NCBI GenBank assembly: GCA_951406725.2
Contig: OX597819.1
Location: 25,358,001 to 25,422,000, forward strand
Length of the DNA: 64,000 bases
Direction of reading: 5' to 3'
Source of the DNA: Octopus vulgaris
Lineage: Eukaryota
In this document: positions 1 through 13,606 of the stretch, one piece after another
Numbering within the stretch: the stretch's first letter is position 1
Layout: each line of letters opens with the position of its first letter
Program-made: the position numbers and the translations under genes
Notes under the pieces: generated by a model
The model's database searches: none
Told to the model about the DNA's origin: nothing
What the model saw: the letters and a program-made list of their open reading frames with translations, nothing else

Positions 1-999
1 TATGTTTGCGCAATATGCATATATATGCATTCATATATATATATATATATTTACAGAGACATATATTGTAATAAAATAATCGATGACCTTTTGAATAAAT
101 GATGTATAGATTTTAAGTGCTGTAATCACATGATCACACACATACCTCCTTGACCTTAACCGAATCTTTGCTCATACCAAACATCACCATCTGGGACTTG
201 TTAACTAATTTCCATTTTCTGAATTACAATTATCTTCTTTCATACCTCTTCCTTCCAATGGAAATAAGACAGTGAAAGGAAAACATTATCAAATTTGTCA
301 AGAAAGAAAGAAGGAAGAAAGAAAACAAGAAGGAGCTCAATAAGTGGAAGGGAAAGAAAAGCAAAAGAATACGAATAAGATATCTGTGATAAAATTCGTT
401 GACTTGTATTAATCATTATTTTTTGTTTTAACCACAGATCCGTCCTGATTCATCAGACCTGTGATGTAACTTGTCCTATCCTTGACGGTGGAGTGTTATT
501 TTTCCCGGATATTTTCCATTAATAACGTAATTTCAATTTAGTGGCAATCTGGTGGAAGGTTTGCGTCAGAATATGCCATTAATTTAATTTATGTTGGAAG
601 AAAGAAACGATTCGAATGATTGTCTTTCATCAAGAGAAATGCAAGGAAAAAAATAGGCGGCAGTCAGTGGGATCAAACCTGAATCAACTGCTTGGGAAGC
701 GAACTGCTTAACAACTCAGTCAGTATTTTGAAACGGTCATCTTAATAATAATTTCCCAGAGGCTTCGTAGCGTAGAAAGATGTCCCACATAATCCATTTG
801 TCGAAATCTTTTTCCTAGTAATTCGCTACAATAGTCGCTTTAATGATATGAGATACTGGCAGCCAACTATAAATCTTCTATGTTGTTGTTCGAACTGCTA
901 GGAATAACTGTGTTGTCCCACTCAGATCACATACTATCGTCTTGAAATAGAAAGGGCGCATTCATTCGATAATGCGGTCCTAGTTACTTTTAAAAGTAA

Positions 1000-1274
1000 C
1001 AGAAGGAACAGAATAGATTTAGATGATGGCCTTGCCGTCGAAAACGGGGATCATCATGAATTTCCTGGAGGAATTCTTTTGTCTAGATTCTTGTGGCAGC
1101 ATTAAAACATGCTCGGCTCATACAAGTCAATCCTTAAGAAATCGGGAGAATTTCATAAGTTTCTGTGACACTTTTGCCCAATCTAACACAAATCCTTATT
1201 GTATAGTGTGCTTCCAAATTATCTACACATCCCGACTGCATTCTGCAAACTAGTCAGCTGTGACAAGCAGTGTT
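1000..1274 (-). repeat. Duplicated internal segment of the mariner element (copy of 2303-2576)
   Basis: Colinear near-identical sequence from CAGAAGGAACAGAATAG to GACAAGCAGTGTT at both loci. Confidence 0.9.
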
Positions 1275-1525
1275 GTATGATGGTTGCAGAATAATTATAA
1301 TCACAGCATAAGTAAGTCAAAGTTGACCTGTAATTAAACAATAGGCACACACAAGTAAGATATATTTCTGGAATGTACAATTCGTATCACCAGTGAAATG
1401 TAAACATATCCGAACCAACATATAGCTTTGAGACACAGAATTAAAGAGTTACACAATTATAAAAATTGCCAAGGAATAGGGGTGTAAAATAATATTTTGA
1501 AAATAAATGGAAATATAAGAACATA

Positions 1526-2733
1526 CAAGGTGCATTTCAGAAGTTTTGAGACATTTATTAATTTCCAAAAGGCGCAGGGGTGGCTGTGTGGTAAGTAGCT
1601 TGCAACCACATGTTTTCGGGTTGAGTCCCACTGCGTGGCACCTCGGGCAAGTGTCTTCTACTATAGCCTCGGGCCGACCAAAGCCTTGTGAGTGGATTTG
1701 GTAGACGGAAACTGAAAGAAGCCCGTCGTATATATGTACATATATATGTATGTGCGTGTATATGCTTGTGTGTCTGTGTTTGTCCCCCAACATCGCTTGA
1801 CAACCGATGCTGGTGTGTTTACGTCCCAGTAACTTAGTGGTTCGGCAAAAGAAACTGATAGAATAAGTACTAGACTTACAAAAATATATCCTGGTGTCGA
1901 TTTGCTCGACTAAAGGCGGTGCTCCAGCATGGTCGCAGTCAAATGACTGAAACAAGTAAAAGAGTAAGTAAAAGATTCCGATCTACTTCAAAGTAAGTGC
2001 CGCTGACTTCAATGCGCCTGTAGCGCTCCAGCCTTTTCGTGAAGGTCTCATGGAAGTCCTCCAAATTGAAGGTGTCCTGTACACTTGTCACAGCCTCAAT
2101 CATCTTCCTCTTCAACCAAAAGTCACAGGGAGCAAGAACTGAACTGCAGGGAGGGTAAGGGAGAGTTTTGATACCCGTCCTTGTCAAGTAGGAACTGTGG
2201 ACTGATGTATTGTCCTGGTATTGCTGTTCTGGCATTTTCCGGCGAAATCTCTTTCTGAACTCCTTCAAAACCTCCACAAATACTCTTTGTTGACTGTCTG
2301 GTCAGAAGGAACAGAATAGATTTAGATGATGGCTTTGCCGTCGAAAAAGGGGATCATCATGAACTTCCTGGAGGAATTCTTTTGTGTAGCTTCTTGTGGT
2401 AGCATAAAACATGCTCGGCTCATACAAGTTAATCCTTAAGAAATCGGAAGAATTTTATAAGTTTCTGTGGCACTTTTGCCCAATTTAACGCAAAAGATTA
2501 TTGTATAGTGTGCTTCCAAATTATCAACACATCCCGACTGTATTCTGCAAACTAGTCAGCTGTGACAAGCAGTGTTTAACAAGGTATGTTCAAAGTACTC
2601 TTACAGCCGTGTCCTACAATCTAGAATGACAAAAGTTGGCAGGTCAGCTTTTAGATGTATAATAAATATATATTGATACTACAATAATCTAGAACAGTTA
2701 TAACTGCTTCTAAAACATCTAGAATGCGCCTTG
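1526..2733 (-). mobile_element. Degenerate, internally deleted mariner transposon interrupted by a SINE
   Basis: Imperfect TIRs TA|CAAGGTGCATTTCAGAAGTTTT (1524-) and AAAACATCTAGAATGCGCCTTG|TA (-2735). Minus-strand translation of ~1975-2370 gives KFMMIPFFDGK..VPSDQTVNKEY..EVLKEFRKR..QDNTSVH..GIKTLPYPPCSSVLAPCDFWL, matching mariner HDNA/YSPDLAPCD motifs. Confidence 0.85.
1571..1975 (+). mobile_element. tRNA-derived SINE, family A (internal microsatellite, GTAAAAGA-type tail)
   Basis: A-box-like TGGCTGTGTGG, B-box-like GGTTGAGTCC, internal TA/TG tract. About ten homologous copies in the window. Confidence 0.9.
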
Positions 2734-2767
<34 letters not shown>

Positions 2768-3680
2768 GAAAATCGAATAAGACATTTATAAATTATACAC
2801 CTGAGCTATGAACTGAATGCGCATTTATGCTTGTTGAATAATTTGGTTATGTGACCAAGTGCCTCAATGTCGCAGTAGCTAGGGTTCACAAAAACTGTAG
2901 AGTGAGAATAGTTTTTAAATTACACGATTAATATGCGATTGAGGTGGTTATATTCCATGAGTTCTCTCTGAAAACACTAAACTCAAGCAAAATGTTTGCC
3001 ATATAGACTTATATATACTTAGACTTGCACCTACACATGTACACATAAATTTACGAGAGGAACAATAAGACTACATGAGACTTATCTTAATTTCAGCGTG
3101 TGGTTTAAATATTTTGTAATATCTAGTTTCTAATGAAAAAATTATATTCCATGGCCGAAGACCAATTCCTTTACCTGAAATATTTTGAAGAATACTTCCT
3201 TTAATTTTTTCATGGCTGTTAGTTACAATCGAGTATGAGCCAGACGCAGGAGAAGTTTTGCTTTTCATGCACAAAGTATTTGCTTCTACTTTAGATGCCC
3301 ATCTAGTTGCGAGCACACACGGGCACCCTTTCTAAACTCGCAGTCTTGACCCAGCGGAACATCAAGCAATGGTATATAGAGGGAATGAAAAGTTGAGGAA
3401 AATATCCGTGGAGAAAAAAAAAATTATCCTGCTTGTCGCAACAGGACTATACGTTCAGTTTTTGCTTATAAATTTAGCCGTGGTATCTGCGGGATGACTT
3501 TACCTATATGTATACTACCGCTATTGATTCACGACTGCTTATTAGCCATCACGGTGAATTATTCGCTGCTTAGGATCCGTTTCTTTGACTGCCATTGTAG
3601 ACATGCCTTATAGCAATACACACGTACAAGAAGGAAATACACACATACATACATACAAACATACATACATACATACATAC

Positions 3681-4232
3681 GAACTAGAAGCGACAAGTCG
3701 CGTATTTGGCGTGGGAGACTATTTATCGAAAATACGATGAATTGTAGCTAGGGTACTCTATAATGAAATCCGTCGGAAGGATAACCCCGAGGACAAAGAA
3801 ATAACAACCCACAGTATAGAAGTCATAGCCACTCATAATAAGAAATACTGGTGGAATGTACCAGTGAAGATCTCAATAAAATGTAAGCACAACAGACCTG
3901 ATATAATGATTTGGGACAGAGAAAAGAGAAATTGTGTACAGTTGGTTGTGGAAATTAGCTGCCCAGCGGATATTAACATAAAGCTGAAGATCGGTGTAAA
4001 AGAGAATACTTAAGCTGAACTAATCAAAAATCTGCAGTTACTCTATCCAGATGACAAGTTCAGGTTTATACCTGTAATTATTGGGGCCCTGGAATATGTA
4101 ACACACTGCCTAAATACCAATCTTGAGAAATTAGGCTTTTCAAAACCAGAAAGGAGAAAGCTAATTCGAAAACTACAGATCCAATCCATCACTGGAACTG
4201 TAAACTTCTGTAAAACTTCCCAGAAGTTTATC

Positions 4233-4303
<71 letters not shown>

Positions 4304-4370
4304 AGCATGTCTAGATATGCAACTATATGCATGAGATCACATACATAAAGCAAAACATACAAATCTGCAC
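3681..4370 (+). mobile_element. 3' fragment of an R4/Dong-like non-LTR retrotransposon (RLE domain, one in-frame stop)
   Basis: Frame from 3744: VARVLYNEIRRK..YWWNVPVK..KHNRPDIMIWD..VVEISCPADINI..KENT*AEL..RFIPVIIGALEY, the RPD..E..P..K motif of restriction-like endonucleases. Confidence 0.85.
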
Positions 4371-6209
4371 ACATACATACATACATACATACATACATAC
4401 ATACATACATACATACATACATAATACATACATAAATACATACATACATACAAACATACATATATACATACACACGCATACACACATATACACACTAACG
4501 ACCAGAATTCTGGGCACTTTCGTACATAGCTGCTACTTGTCGGATTTATGCCTGTTTCCTTTCATAATTAAGAATAATCATCGATTGAAGATGGCTATAG
4601 CAATGTAATCATCCTCAATTGATTTTTTATATGTTGCTTTCAAATTGATATTTTGTTTATAGTAAAATAGATAATTACCAAAACTCAGACTATATAAAAA
4701 CGAAATTATATGGGAATCAATATGTATTTCTTTACTGGCCATTCACCAATAGCCAATCAGAACTGAGATAAGATCAGCTGATGAGCGGTGAGGCTAGCTC
4801 ACGCTTTTTTAGATAACCAATCACCGTTATTTTCATGAGCCAATTATTTATTAGTCACAATCACATCCTTTTGTTAGTCGATTAAATATCGCTAGCTTTC
4901 GTTTCGTAATTGCTTTCATAATTTGTCACCTGTGGCCCCTGTACAAAGAAAGACTGAATATACCTAAGTGAAGAAGGGCTCTAAATATCTGAGAAGTATA
5001 CAATTTCAAGAACTGTCTAGAAATCTCGGAGAAAGTGCGACAAAATCGGAGATAAGGAGAGTCTGTCAACGTTTTATTGAATGTCAGAAAACGAACAATT
5101 AAACAAGGACAAAAAAAAAGAAGAAAAGAAAAAGATGATCCAAAAGAGCCGTATAAACGCTGATTTAACTGTAATTTATCAAACGACAAAATTAATACAA
5201 CAAAATTTTAGAAGTCACTGGGCTCAGTTTAAGGGACAGAACTTTAATGTGCCGAGTATTTGATGGAGGAGTTAAAGCAAGAATACCAAGGAAAAATCAC
5301 ACCTGAATGTCCTTCAGAGAAGAGAACATAGCAAGAAGATTGAAAGATGGCCAGTAGAATTTTCACACAAAGCCATATATGAATTATGAGAGGAAGATTT
5401 CTGCTTTGAAGAACACTTGAATCGAAATTCTAGCAGGGATTTGAACCTTAACCGCTAGAAACCTGGTTAAGAATCACGAGTAAGCCTCCATGTTTTTAGC
5501 TGATTGGTCTATAAATCGGACATTCAGCGTCAATGTGGCTTTCTCGAATGTTCTAGAATATTTTCTTTGTTACCTTATGAAAAAAACAGTTTGGCATTTA
5601 AGTAGTTGCGGAGTGTTGAGTCCAGCCGACTGATTCATACGCCTTACTTGTTGACACACAGACGACTCACGACAAGCGGTCGACAGGCCGCTGGCGCAAC
5701 AGTTAACCTCGGACTTTTACTCAGACTTCTCTAGAAACTCGGACACGTCACACGATGTCCCACAGATAGCTTCCTACATTCACAGAGCAGTTTTTCTTTC
5801 CCCTCAGTCGGTAATTATTAATATTGTTTATCTTAATAAGCCAACACAATATGATGCCGGGTAAAAAATATCAAAGTTAAATGTTCGTGAGTGTACGTCA
5901 GTTATTATTCACATAGCCACCGGCATTCCGCACATACACAACAACAATGAGGATAAAGCCATCCACTTCGACAACGGCGACTCAAATGTTTGAAACATAT
6001 CATTGATCAGCTCAAATCAAGTAACAAGCAACCACGCGTCACTAGTGACTCCGACGTCATACGAACATGCATCCTTCTGATACATCAGCCGCAAGCTATA
6101 TATTTCGTACTTGAGCGTATTACAATACACAAGGGAAGAAACCTGTCAGTGTAATGCTGTGTATTTGTATACAGAAGTGTTAGCCTAACTGTAATTACAC
6201 ATGGAAAGT

Positions 6210-6620
6210 TATGAGTAATGCTGAAAATACCAGCTATATTTTGGAAACGGAAGTACTGCATTCAATTAGTGACATGTTTTCGCATGATTCGAATAAACAA
6301 CTTACAGTAAAACGGTGTCCCACGTCATGCAAGAAAATCTAGTATCAAATGGTTGAAAAGCCATAAACATTTTATAACAGCATGGAAATAGTCTTGAACT
6401 AAACCCAATACAAAATTTATGATCTAGACTCAAGAGACTGGTATCGGCTTACAATCCGAGCAACAAAATTCAATCAATTGAACTAATCATCAATGCCTGG
6501 TTTAGATTCTGAAAACCAAAGAGCTTGAAGAATCTTATCGCGTTTATGCCAAATAGAATTGATGTAATGTTTAACATGAAGGTCAACCTAGTGAATGCTA
6601 ATGGAAGTTACCATATTGTA
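6210..6620 (+). mobile_element. Highly degraded Tc1-like transposase C-terminal fragment
   Basis: NGVPRHARKS..GNSLELNPIQNL*SRLK (cf. DGAPCH..SPDLNPIENLW) and LIAFMPNRI (cf. SMP.RI). Confidence 0.6.
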
Positions 6621-6848
6621 AAGTGATCTTGCTTTTTATGGTTTAAGCTGATAAATGTGTGTTTTTGTGTCTTTAATGCTATAAGTCGCCATATTCAGTC
6701 GAAAACCAATAGTAAGTTTAAACCAACAGTTTGGTGAAGAATAAAGTATCTGTTGAAGATGAATACGAAAATAATTATGAGCAAGAAAAAAGGAATATTT
6801 TCAATACGCAAAATGTGTGAACGCGTCCTCAATTCTGGCCACTAATGG

Positions 6849-6975
<127 letters not shown>

Positions 6976-7806
6976 AAATTCATATATTCTTTCATATGAG
7001 GCAACCATGTGCAGAACTTCAAACTATCTGAATTAGCATCTAAATGTACTTCAAACCACATCTTACCATCTTAAAAGGCGATGATACGTTGGAAGATGCC
7101 ACTGTAAATGTACAATACCTGGATTAAATATGGGATGATCACAGAGAGATGTATGTAACCTAAACTTATATACATACATACGTACATACACACATGCATA
7201 TATGCATATATATACATGTAAACAAGTATTAAAAAAAACAATAATAAACTAAAGCGTTGATTTGTTTTTAATATTTCATAGTTTGGACTGGTTGTGCGTT
7301 GGTAGAATACTTAGACACTCGGACAAAATGGCTTGCTGTATTTGTTCCGGCTTCTTACGAGCCATAGTCAATTCTGCCTTTCATTCAATAGAGGTCGATA
7401 AAATAAAGTATCAGTTAAATACTGGTAGAGAGTATTTGGAAGCTCTACAATTTATACTTTTATCTTTGCTTTAGTAATTGTCACATTGCAATCGTGGGGA
7501 TGTGTGAATGTGGTGGTGGAAAATAAATTTATTCACGTGCTTTCTACAGTGCTCCGTACAACCACATCACAGCTTCAAGCAAGCCCTTTGGGATCTTTTT
7601 AGTTACGTGGATGATTGTAGGGGGACATATATGTTAACCGACCTGACTGTCTCGTATGGGTTAGATGTGAAGTACATTTGCTATGAAAGTAGGTGATAAT
7701 AGAACTGGCAGAACAGCAACAAGTCGGGCTTGAAGTATTAGAAGCGTACGAAGATAAAAATTATGTGGTAGAACTATTTTACAATGATCGTCTAATTATT
7801 CTGATA

Positions 7807-8200
7807 GTGGAGGCGCAATGGCCCAGTGGTTAGGGCATCGGACTCGCGGTCATAGGATCGCGGTTTCGATTCCCAGACCGGGCGTTGTGAGTGTTTATTG
7901 AGCGAAAACACCTAAAAAGCTCCGCGAGGCTCCAGCAGGGGATGGTGGTGATCCCTGCTGTACTCTTTCACCACAACTTTCTCTCATTCTTACTTCCTGT
8001 TTCTGTTGTACCTGTATTTCAAGAGGCCGGCCTTGTCACTCTCTGCGTCACGCTGAATATCCCCGAGAACTACGTTAAGGGTGCACGTGTCTGTGGAGTG
8101 CTCAGCCACTTACACGTTAATTTCACGAGCAGGTTGTTCCGTTGATTCGGATCAACCGGAACTCTCATCGTCGTAACCGACGGAGTGCTTCCATCCATCC
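7807..8200 (+). mobile_element. tRNA-derived SINE, family B, full length with 12-bp TSD
   Basis: A box TGGCCCAGTGG, B-box-like GGTTTCGATTCC. TSD AATTATTCTGAT at 7794-7805 and 8201-8212. Confidence 0.95.
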
Positions 8201-9163
8201 AATTATTCTGATGTGGACGGGTTGATATATGATGACTGAGTAATTACTGTTGGTGTTTGGCCCCAAACAGTCCTGAACTTGGAGATCTATATCAAAGGCG
8301 TTTCCACTATGGTCGATTCACATTTCTTCCAGTTATAATGTATGTAGGATGACATTATCTAACGTGTCATTCCTTTTTAAGACTGTAGGATGCCATTGAA
8401 AAGAAATCTAGTTACTATTTCTGTCAGACTGTAGGACCATGTAGGGGTTGCTTGTTCAACTCATCTGGTGGTGGTGGTGGGGAACAAGTGGACTCGAGAA
8501 TTCTTACGTATGTACCTAAAGTCGGAGCTTTCATGATTAGCTCCTTCAGAACGTTTGCTATCTAATCTGATTCATAAATGACAATGCATGGAAATCTTGA
8601 GATATCTTGAAATATCTTGAATCTTATACCCATAGTTTGAAACACGAGGACTTTATCACTGAATCATTGCCCAACTTGTAATTGAAATATACTATTGAAG
8701 ACGTTTCTAAAGTACTCCACTTGATTATCCAGCGCTTACGATTACGCAGAGATAATACATAAATATGTATATTTATGCGGGTAATAACAATGAAAAAGAC
8801 CTTCTCTTTGTCAGAATTTTGTTTTTGTTTTTACTTCGCCGTTAAATGAGAGGAAACCACACAGATACGCTCGATGCTAAAAAGAATAAACCAGAACTTT
8901 TCATGGATATATAAGTTCTTTACATTTAACAATTTTACAGAAAGTTGCATAGTAAAATTATTTTGCATTTATATTTCCTTAACAAACTGTCAAAATATCC
9001 ATTCCATCTTCTCATAAAATAACATACAATATTAGATATATAGACTTTAAATATCTATAAGCTTCTAAGTAAATAATAACGAAAGCTGTCAACATATCAA
9101 AACGGTGTTTTATTTAATTATTGAAACTTTTAGATTTCTAACAAGCATCTCTTAAGATGTTGT

Positions 9164-9218
<55 letters not shown>

Positions 9219-9444
9219 CAAATATATATATATATATGTATAGCAAACAATTGTTGTTGCACAAATGCACCAGTAATAGTGTGTTTACGAATATTTCTGT
9301 TAATAGATTTATACTGACTTCGGTAATTGAGAGGTGAGGCTAGCGATCTCGAAGCTATCAAGTTCGTAGTCATAGCTATAGAAGATATTGTGACTTATTT
9401 AGAGTATATTTTCGAAGCGATATTCTTTTTCTTTTTTTTTTCTT

Positions 9445-9646
9445 TTTCTTCTCTCAGTCACTAGTCTATGTTGGGGCATCACTTTGAAGAACGGAAGAAA
9501 TTTAGTCGACCGAAACGACCCCAGTGATTATTATTTTTTTGTAAATCCTGGCACTTTCTCTATTTGTCTATTTTGCCCAACCGCTCATGGTACGGGGACG
9601 TAAGCACACCAACACCGGTTGTCAAGCGGTGGGAAACTAATACATA

Positions 9647-9693
<47 letters not shown>

Positions 9694-9856
9694 GATGGGT
9701 TTCTTTCAGTTTACATCTACCAAATTTATTCACAAGGCTTTGCTCGACCCCGGGCAATAGTAAAAGACACTTGCCGAAGGTGTCACGCAGTGGGACTGAA
9801 TCCGGAACCACGTGGTTGAATAGTAGACTTCATACAACACAGCAACGCCTGCGCTT
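9445..9856 (-). mobile_element. SINE family A, diverged
   Basis: Reverse-complement homology to 1571-1975, with an internal (CA)n tract. Confidence 0.85.
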
Positions 9857-10246
9857 ATCAAATATAAACTTATCAAACATATTGGAAAAGATTTCACAAA
9901 TGCATTAAATCAATCTTATATCCATTAGCAGAAAGACCACCATCCGGGCCGTTTTCTGCTAATTGCTAAATTATATTTACATATTTAATTCCCAACTTGT
10001 GTAATTTTTCTGATATTACATCAAATTTTCCTTTGAACCCTTTATTCGTTTGATAGTAATCACTAGCAAATTTAGGGCATAACTACAGAGATGTACCCCG
10101 CCGAATTTGTTTCATTATAAATTTCGGGAAAATGGATATTTATAAATGAAAGTTCCTACAAATATGTTTCAGATTGACAACATTATGATTATAATGGAAT
10201 TTATGGTAACAAACGTTTTTGAAGTGATTTTCGGATAATTCACACA

Positions 10247-10652
10247 TCTTTATCTTTTACCTGTTTCAGTCATTAGATTCCGGCCATGCTGGGGCACCAC
10301 TTTGAAGAATTTTAGTGGAATGAATCGCCCCCCCCCCCCGGTGCTAATGATTTTAAAAAAAATACTAGCACTTATGCTACCTGTTTTTTTTTGCTGAACC
10401 GTTAAGTTACGAGTACATAAAAAACACTACCATCTGTTGTCAAGGGATGGTAGGGTAGAAATACAAAGATAGACACAGACACACACACACACACACAGAA
10501 CAGGTTTCTTTCAATTTCCGTCTACCAAATCCATTCACACGGTTTAAGTCGGCCCGAGGCTATAGAAGACACTTGCCCAAGGTGCCATGCAAAGGAATTG
10601 AACCCAAGACTATGTGGTTAGGAAGCAACGTTCTTACCGTACAGCCATGCCT
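10247..10652 (-). mobile_element. SINE family A, diverged
   Basis: Reverse-complement homology to 1571-1975. Confidence 0.85.
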
Positions 10653-11456
10653 TAATTATGTTTTTCCATAGCTTTCAGAGAAAAGAAGGCATTAAAAAAG
10701 TTTTTTTGCCACAAATAACTTTGATATGGTTTAAGTTACATTGATACAGAAATTTTATGTGGAAAAAATGGTTGGAGGGTGGGGATATTTCATGAATCTC
10801 GATTTTGCTTGCTCACCTACAATTTTGTTGAAAAGATAAATCGCTTTTGACACCCAGGTAACCCCTTCTAGTTCTAGCATATTAAGCGACCTTGCTAGAG
10901 ATGGACCATGTTTGAGATGGTTTGAATAAGATAGATTACAATCGAATAACCAAAAAAGTATGCTATGCATTCAGTAATAAGTGCAAGCATTGTAATCCTC
11001 TTTAGGCAACCTTTATAATTTCAGAGGATAAACAGACGTTAAAATGCTATGCAATAAATTGAAATGCTGCTAGTTGTAGTTGAAGCATGTAGATAAACTA
11101 CTGAAAATAATAGACTTTCCAAAATCGCATTTTGAGAAAAATATATTAAAACTATTTCGTTTTTGGATTTGTAAATAACAGACAGAGTCAAAATAACGAA
11201 CAGTGTAAATAACGGACAGAGTCAAAACTATTGAAAAGGTTGCAACACGCAACGAAAATTTTAGAAAATAAAAATAAGAAATAAGTGGAAATTTTGCCGT
11301 TGAGTGTATTAAATATTAAAGCACAAAAAGAAAATGACTCTCCCCAGACACAACAGGATATTAAAACTAGAATTTATAAAAATTTTCTGGTCAGTCTAGC
11401 GTGTAATAGTTGCTTTCTTTTTGTAAAATTTATATAACTCCAATTAATTAATCTCG

Positions 11457-11582
11457 TTTACTCTTTTACTGGTTTCAGTCATTTGACTGTGACCATGCTG
11501 GAGCACCGCCTTTTAGTCGAGCAAATCGACCTTGGGACTTTGTTAGACTAGTACTTTGTTAGACTAGTACTTATTCTATTAG
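11457..11582 (-). mobile_element. SINE family A, 3' fragment
   Basis: TTTCAGTCATTTGACTGTGACCATGCTGGAGCACCGCC matches the family A tail. Confidence 0.85.
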
Positions 11583-11605
11583 TTATGGAGCTGTGAAGAT
11601 TCAAG

Positions 11606-11930
11606 AGTGAAGGCACGTGACTAAGTGGTTAGGGTATTCGGCTCACGATCATCAAGTCGCGAGTTCAACTCCCGGTGAGGCGTTTGTGTCCTTGAGAAAG
11701 ACAATTTATTTCACGTTGCTCCAGTCCTCTCAGTTGGCAAAAAGGAGTAGTACCCGTATTTCAAAGGTCCAGGCTTGTCACACTCTGTGTCACGCTGAAT
11801 CCCCCTGAGAACTACATTAAGGTTACACGTGTCTGTGAAGTGCTCAGCGACATGCACATTAATTTCATGAGCAGGCTGTTCCGTTGATCAGATCAACTGG
11901 AACCCTCGTTGTCTTAAGCGACCGTGTGCC
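11606..11930 (+). mobile_element. tRNA-derived SINE with D-type body and B-type tail, 10-bp TSD
   Basis: Body TTTCACGTTGCTCCAGTC as in family D; tail as in family B. TSD AAGATTCAAG at 11596-11605 and 11931-11940. Confidence 0.88.
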
Positions 11931-12716
11931 AAGATTCAAGTTTACCAATTCTTCTTGCATCTCCCGACAAAAAGAAACACAAAAAAACTATTATCCACTT
12001 GCAAGATTCAAATATTCTCTACCACATTCTCACTCCAATGTCCCTATTTATTTGATGACTTAAATTAATCCCTGTCCATTTAATACCCCCACCGCCGATT
12101 TTGATATTTCATTGGGAAGGTCTCTGCATTCTTTTACCGCTTTTGATTTTGTCACGTTTCCTTTGCACAAAACATTAATCTCTCGTCTCCAATTTTGCGA
12201 GCTCTTCCATTTTGTCTATTAATTTTATCTATTTGTTTTTGTGACAAGTAGCAAATCTTTTGTTATGCTTTCTCTTAAAAGCCTCTCTCGTTAAAAAACA
12301 ACAACAAAGAACATTAAAAAAAAAACAAAAATGATTCTACTTTAGACTGCCAAATAACATTATTCTCACAAACCTCAGAAACACATTTTATGATTGTAAT
12401 AATGAAAGCCATCTCGCATCACCATCTCGCATGAAAGTGCTTCTCCAGAAGCCAACGAAAAAGCCCCTTCACGTTTGTTCGACTTTCTAGATATATCAAC
12501 CAAACCACCTCTCAACTCATTCTTGCTTTATCCTTTCTGTTTTTACAAAGGGTAAATTACATAGTGTAGTGGTGGGAAGCTTTGCCCGCAAAAAGGCGGG
12601 GTGGTCACGCAGGAAGGTCTCCGATTATAGACCCGGTTAAAAACTGATCCGGAGCTAATCAATCATGATGAAGATGATGGATGATGATAAGGATAACTAC
12701 TACTACTACTACTACT

Positions 12717-13090
12717 CGTGGAGGCGCAATGGCCCAGTGGTTAGGGCAGCGGACTCGCGGTTTCGATTCCCAGACCGGGCGTTGTGAGTGTTTATTGAGC
12801 GAAAACACCTAAAGCTCCATGAGGCTCCGGCAGGGGATGGTGGTGATCCCTGCTGTACTCTTTCACCACAACTTTCTCTCACTCTTACTTCCTGTTTCTG
12901 TTGTACATGTATTTCAAAGGGCCGGCCTTGTCACTCTCTGTGTCACGCTGAATATCCCCGAGAACTACGTTAAGGGTACACGTGTCTGTGGAGTGCTCAG
13001 CCACTTACACGTTAATTTCACGAGCAGGCTGTTCCGTTGATTCGGATCAACCGGAACCCTCATCGTCGTAACCGACGGAGTGCTTCCATC
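12717..13090 (+). mobile_element. SINE family B inside an (ACT)n tract
   Basis: Near-identical to 7807-8200, with a small deletion in the head. Confidence 0.95.
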
Positions 13091-13104
13091 ACTACTACTA
13101 CTAC

Positions 13105-13140
<36 letters not shown>

Positions 13141-13141
13141 T

Positions 13142-13520
13142 CGTGGAGGCGCAATGGCCCAGTGGTTAGGGCAGCGGACTCGCGGTCATAGGATCGCAGT
13201 TTCGATTCCCAGACCGGGCGTTGTGAGTGTTTATTGAGCGAAAACACCTAAAGCTCCATGGGGCTCCTGCAGGGGATGGTGGTGATCCCTGCTGTACTCT
13301 TTCTCTCATTCTTACTTCCTGTTTCTGTTTTACCTGTATTTCAAAGGGCCGGCCTTGTCACTCTCTGTGTCACGCTGAATATCCCCGAGAAATACGTTAA
13401 GGGTACACGTGTCTGTGGAGTGCTCGCTCAGCCACTTGCACGTTAATTTCACGAGCAGGCTGTTCCGTTGATTCGGATCAACCGGAACCCTCATCGTCGT
13501 AACCGACGCAGTGCTTCCAT

Positions 13521-13521
<1 letters not shown>
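13142..13521 (+). mobile_element. SINE family B, second tandem copy inside an (ACT)n tract
   Basis: Near-identical to 7807-8200, followed by (ACT)n to ~13619. Confidence 0.95.

Positions 13522-13606
<85 letters not shown>

Noticed and set aside
4776-4810. CTGATGA followed by a hairpin and T-run (hammerhead or terminator?)
   Set aside because: No GAAA or stem III follows, and a bacterial terminator is irrelevant in this context.
5400-5870. Possible solo LTR with CCAAT/TATA and a PBS-like sequence
   Set aside because: No second LTR, TSD or gag/pol sequence was seen.
7807-7885. tRNA-like sequences with A and B boxes
   Set aside because: They are SINE heads followed by body, tail and TSD; no acceptor stem closure was seen.
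7891-8145. Recurring 'MFIERKHLK..FTSRLFR' ORF (also 12788, 28705, 43893)
   Set aside because: It lies inside SINE B, starts at GTG and is frameshifted between copies.
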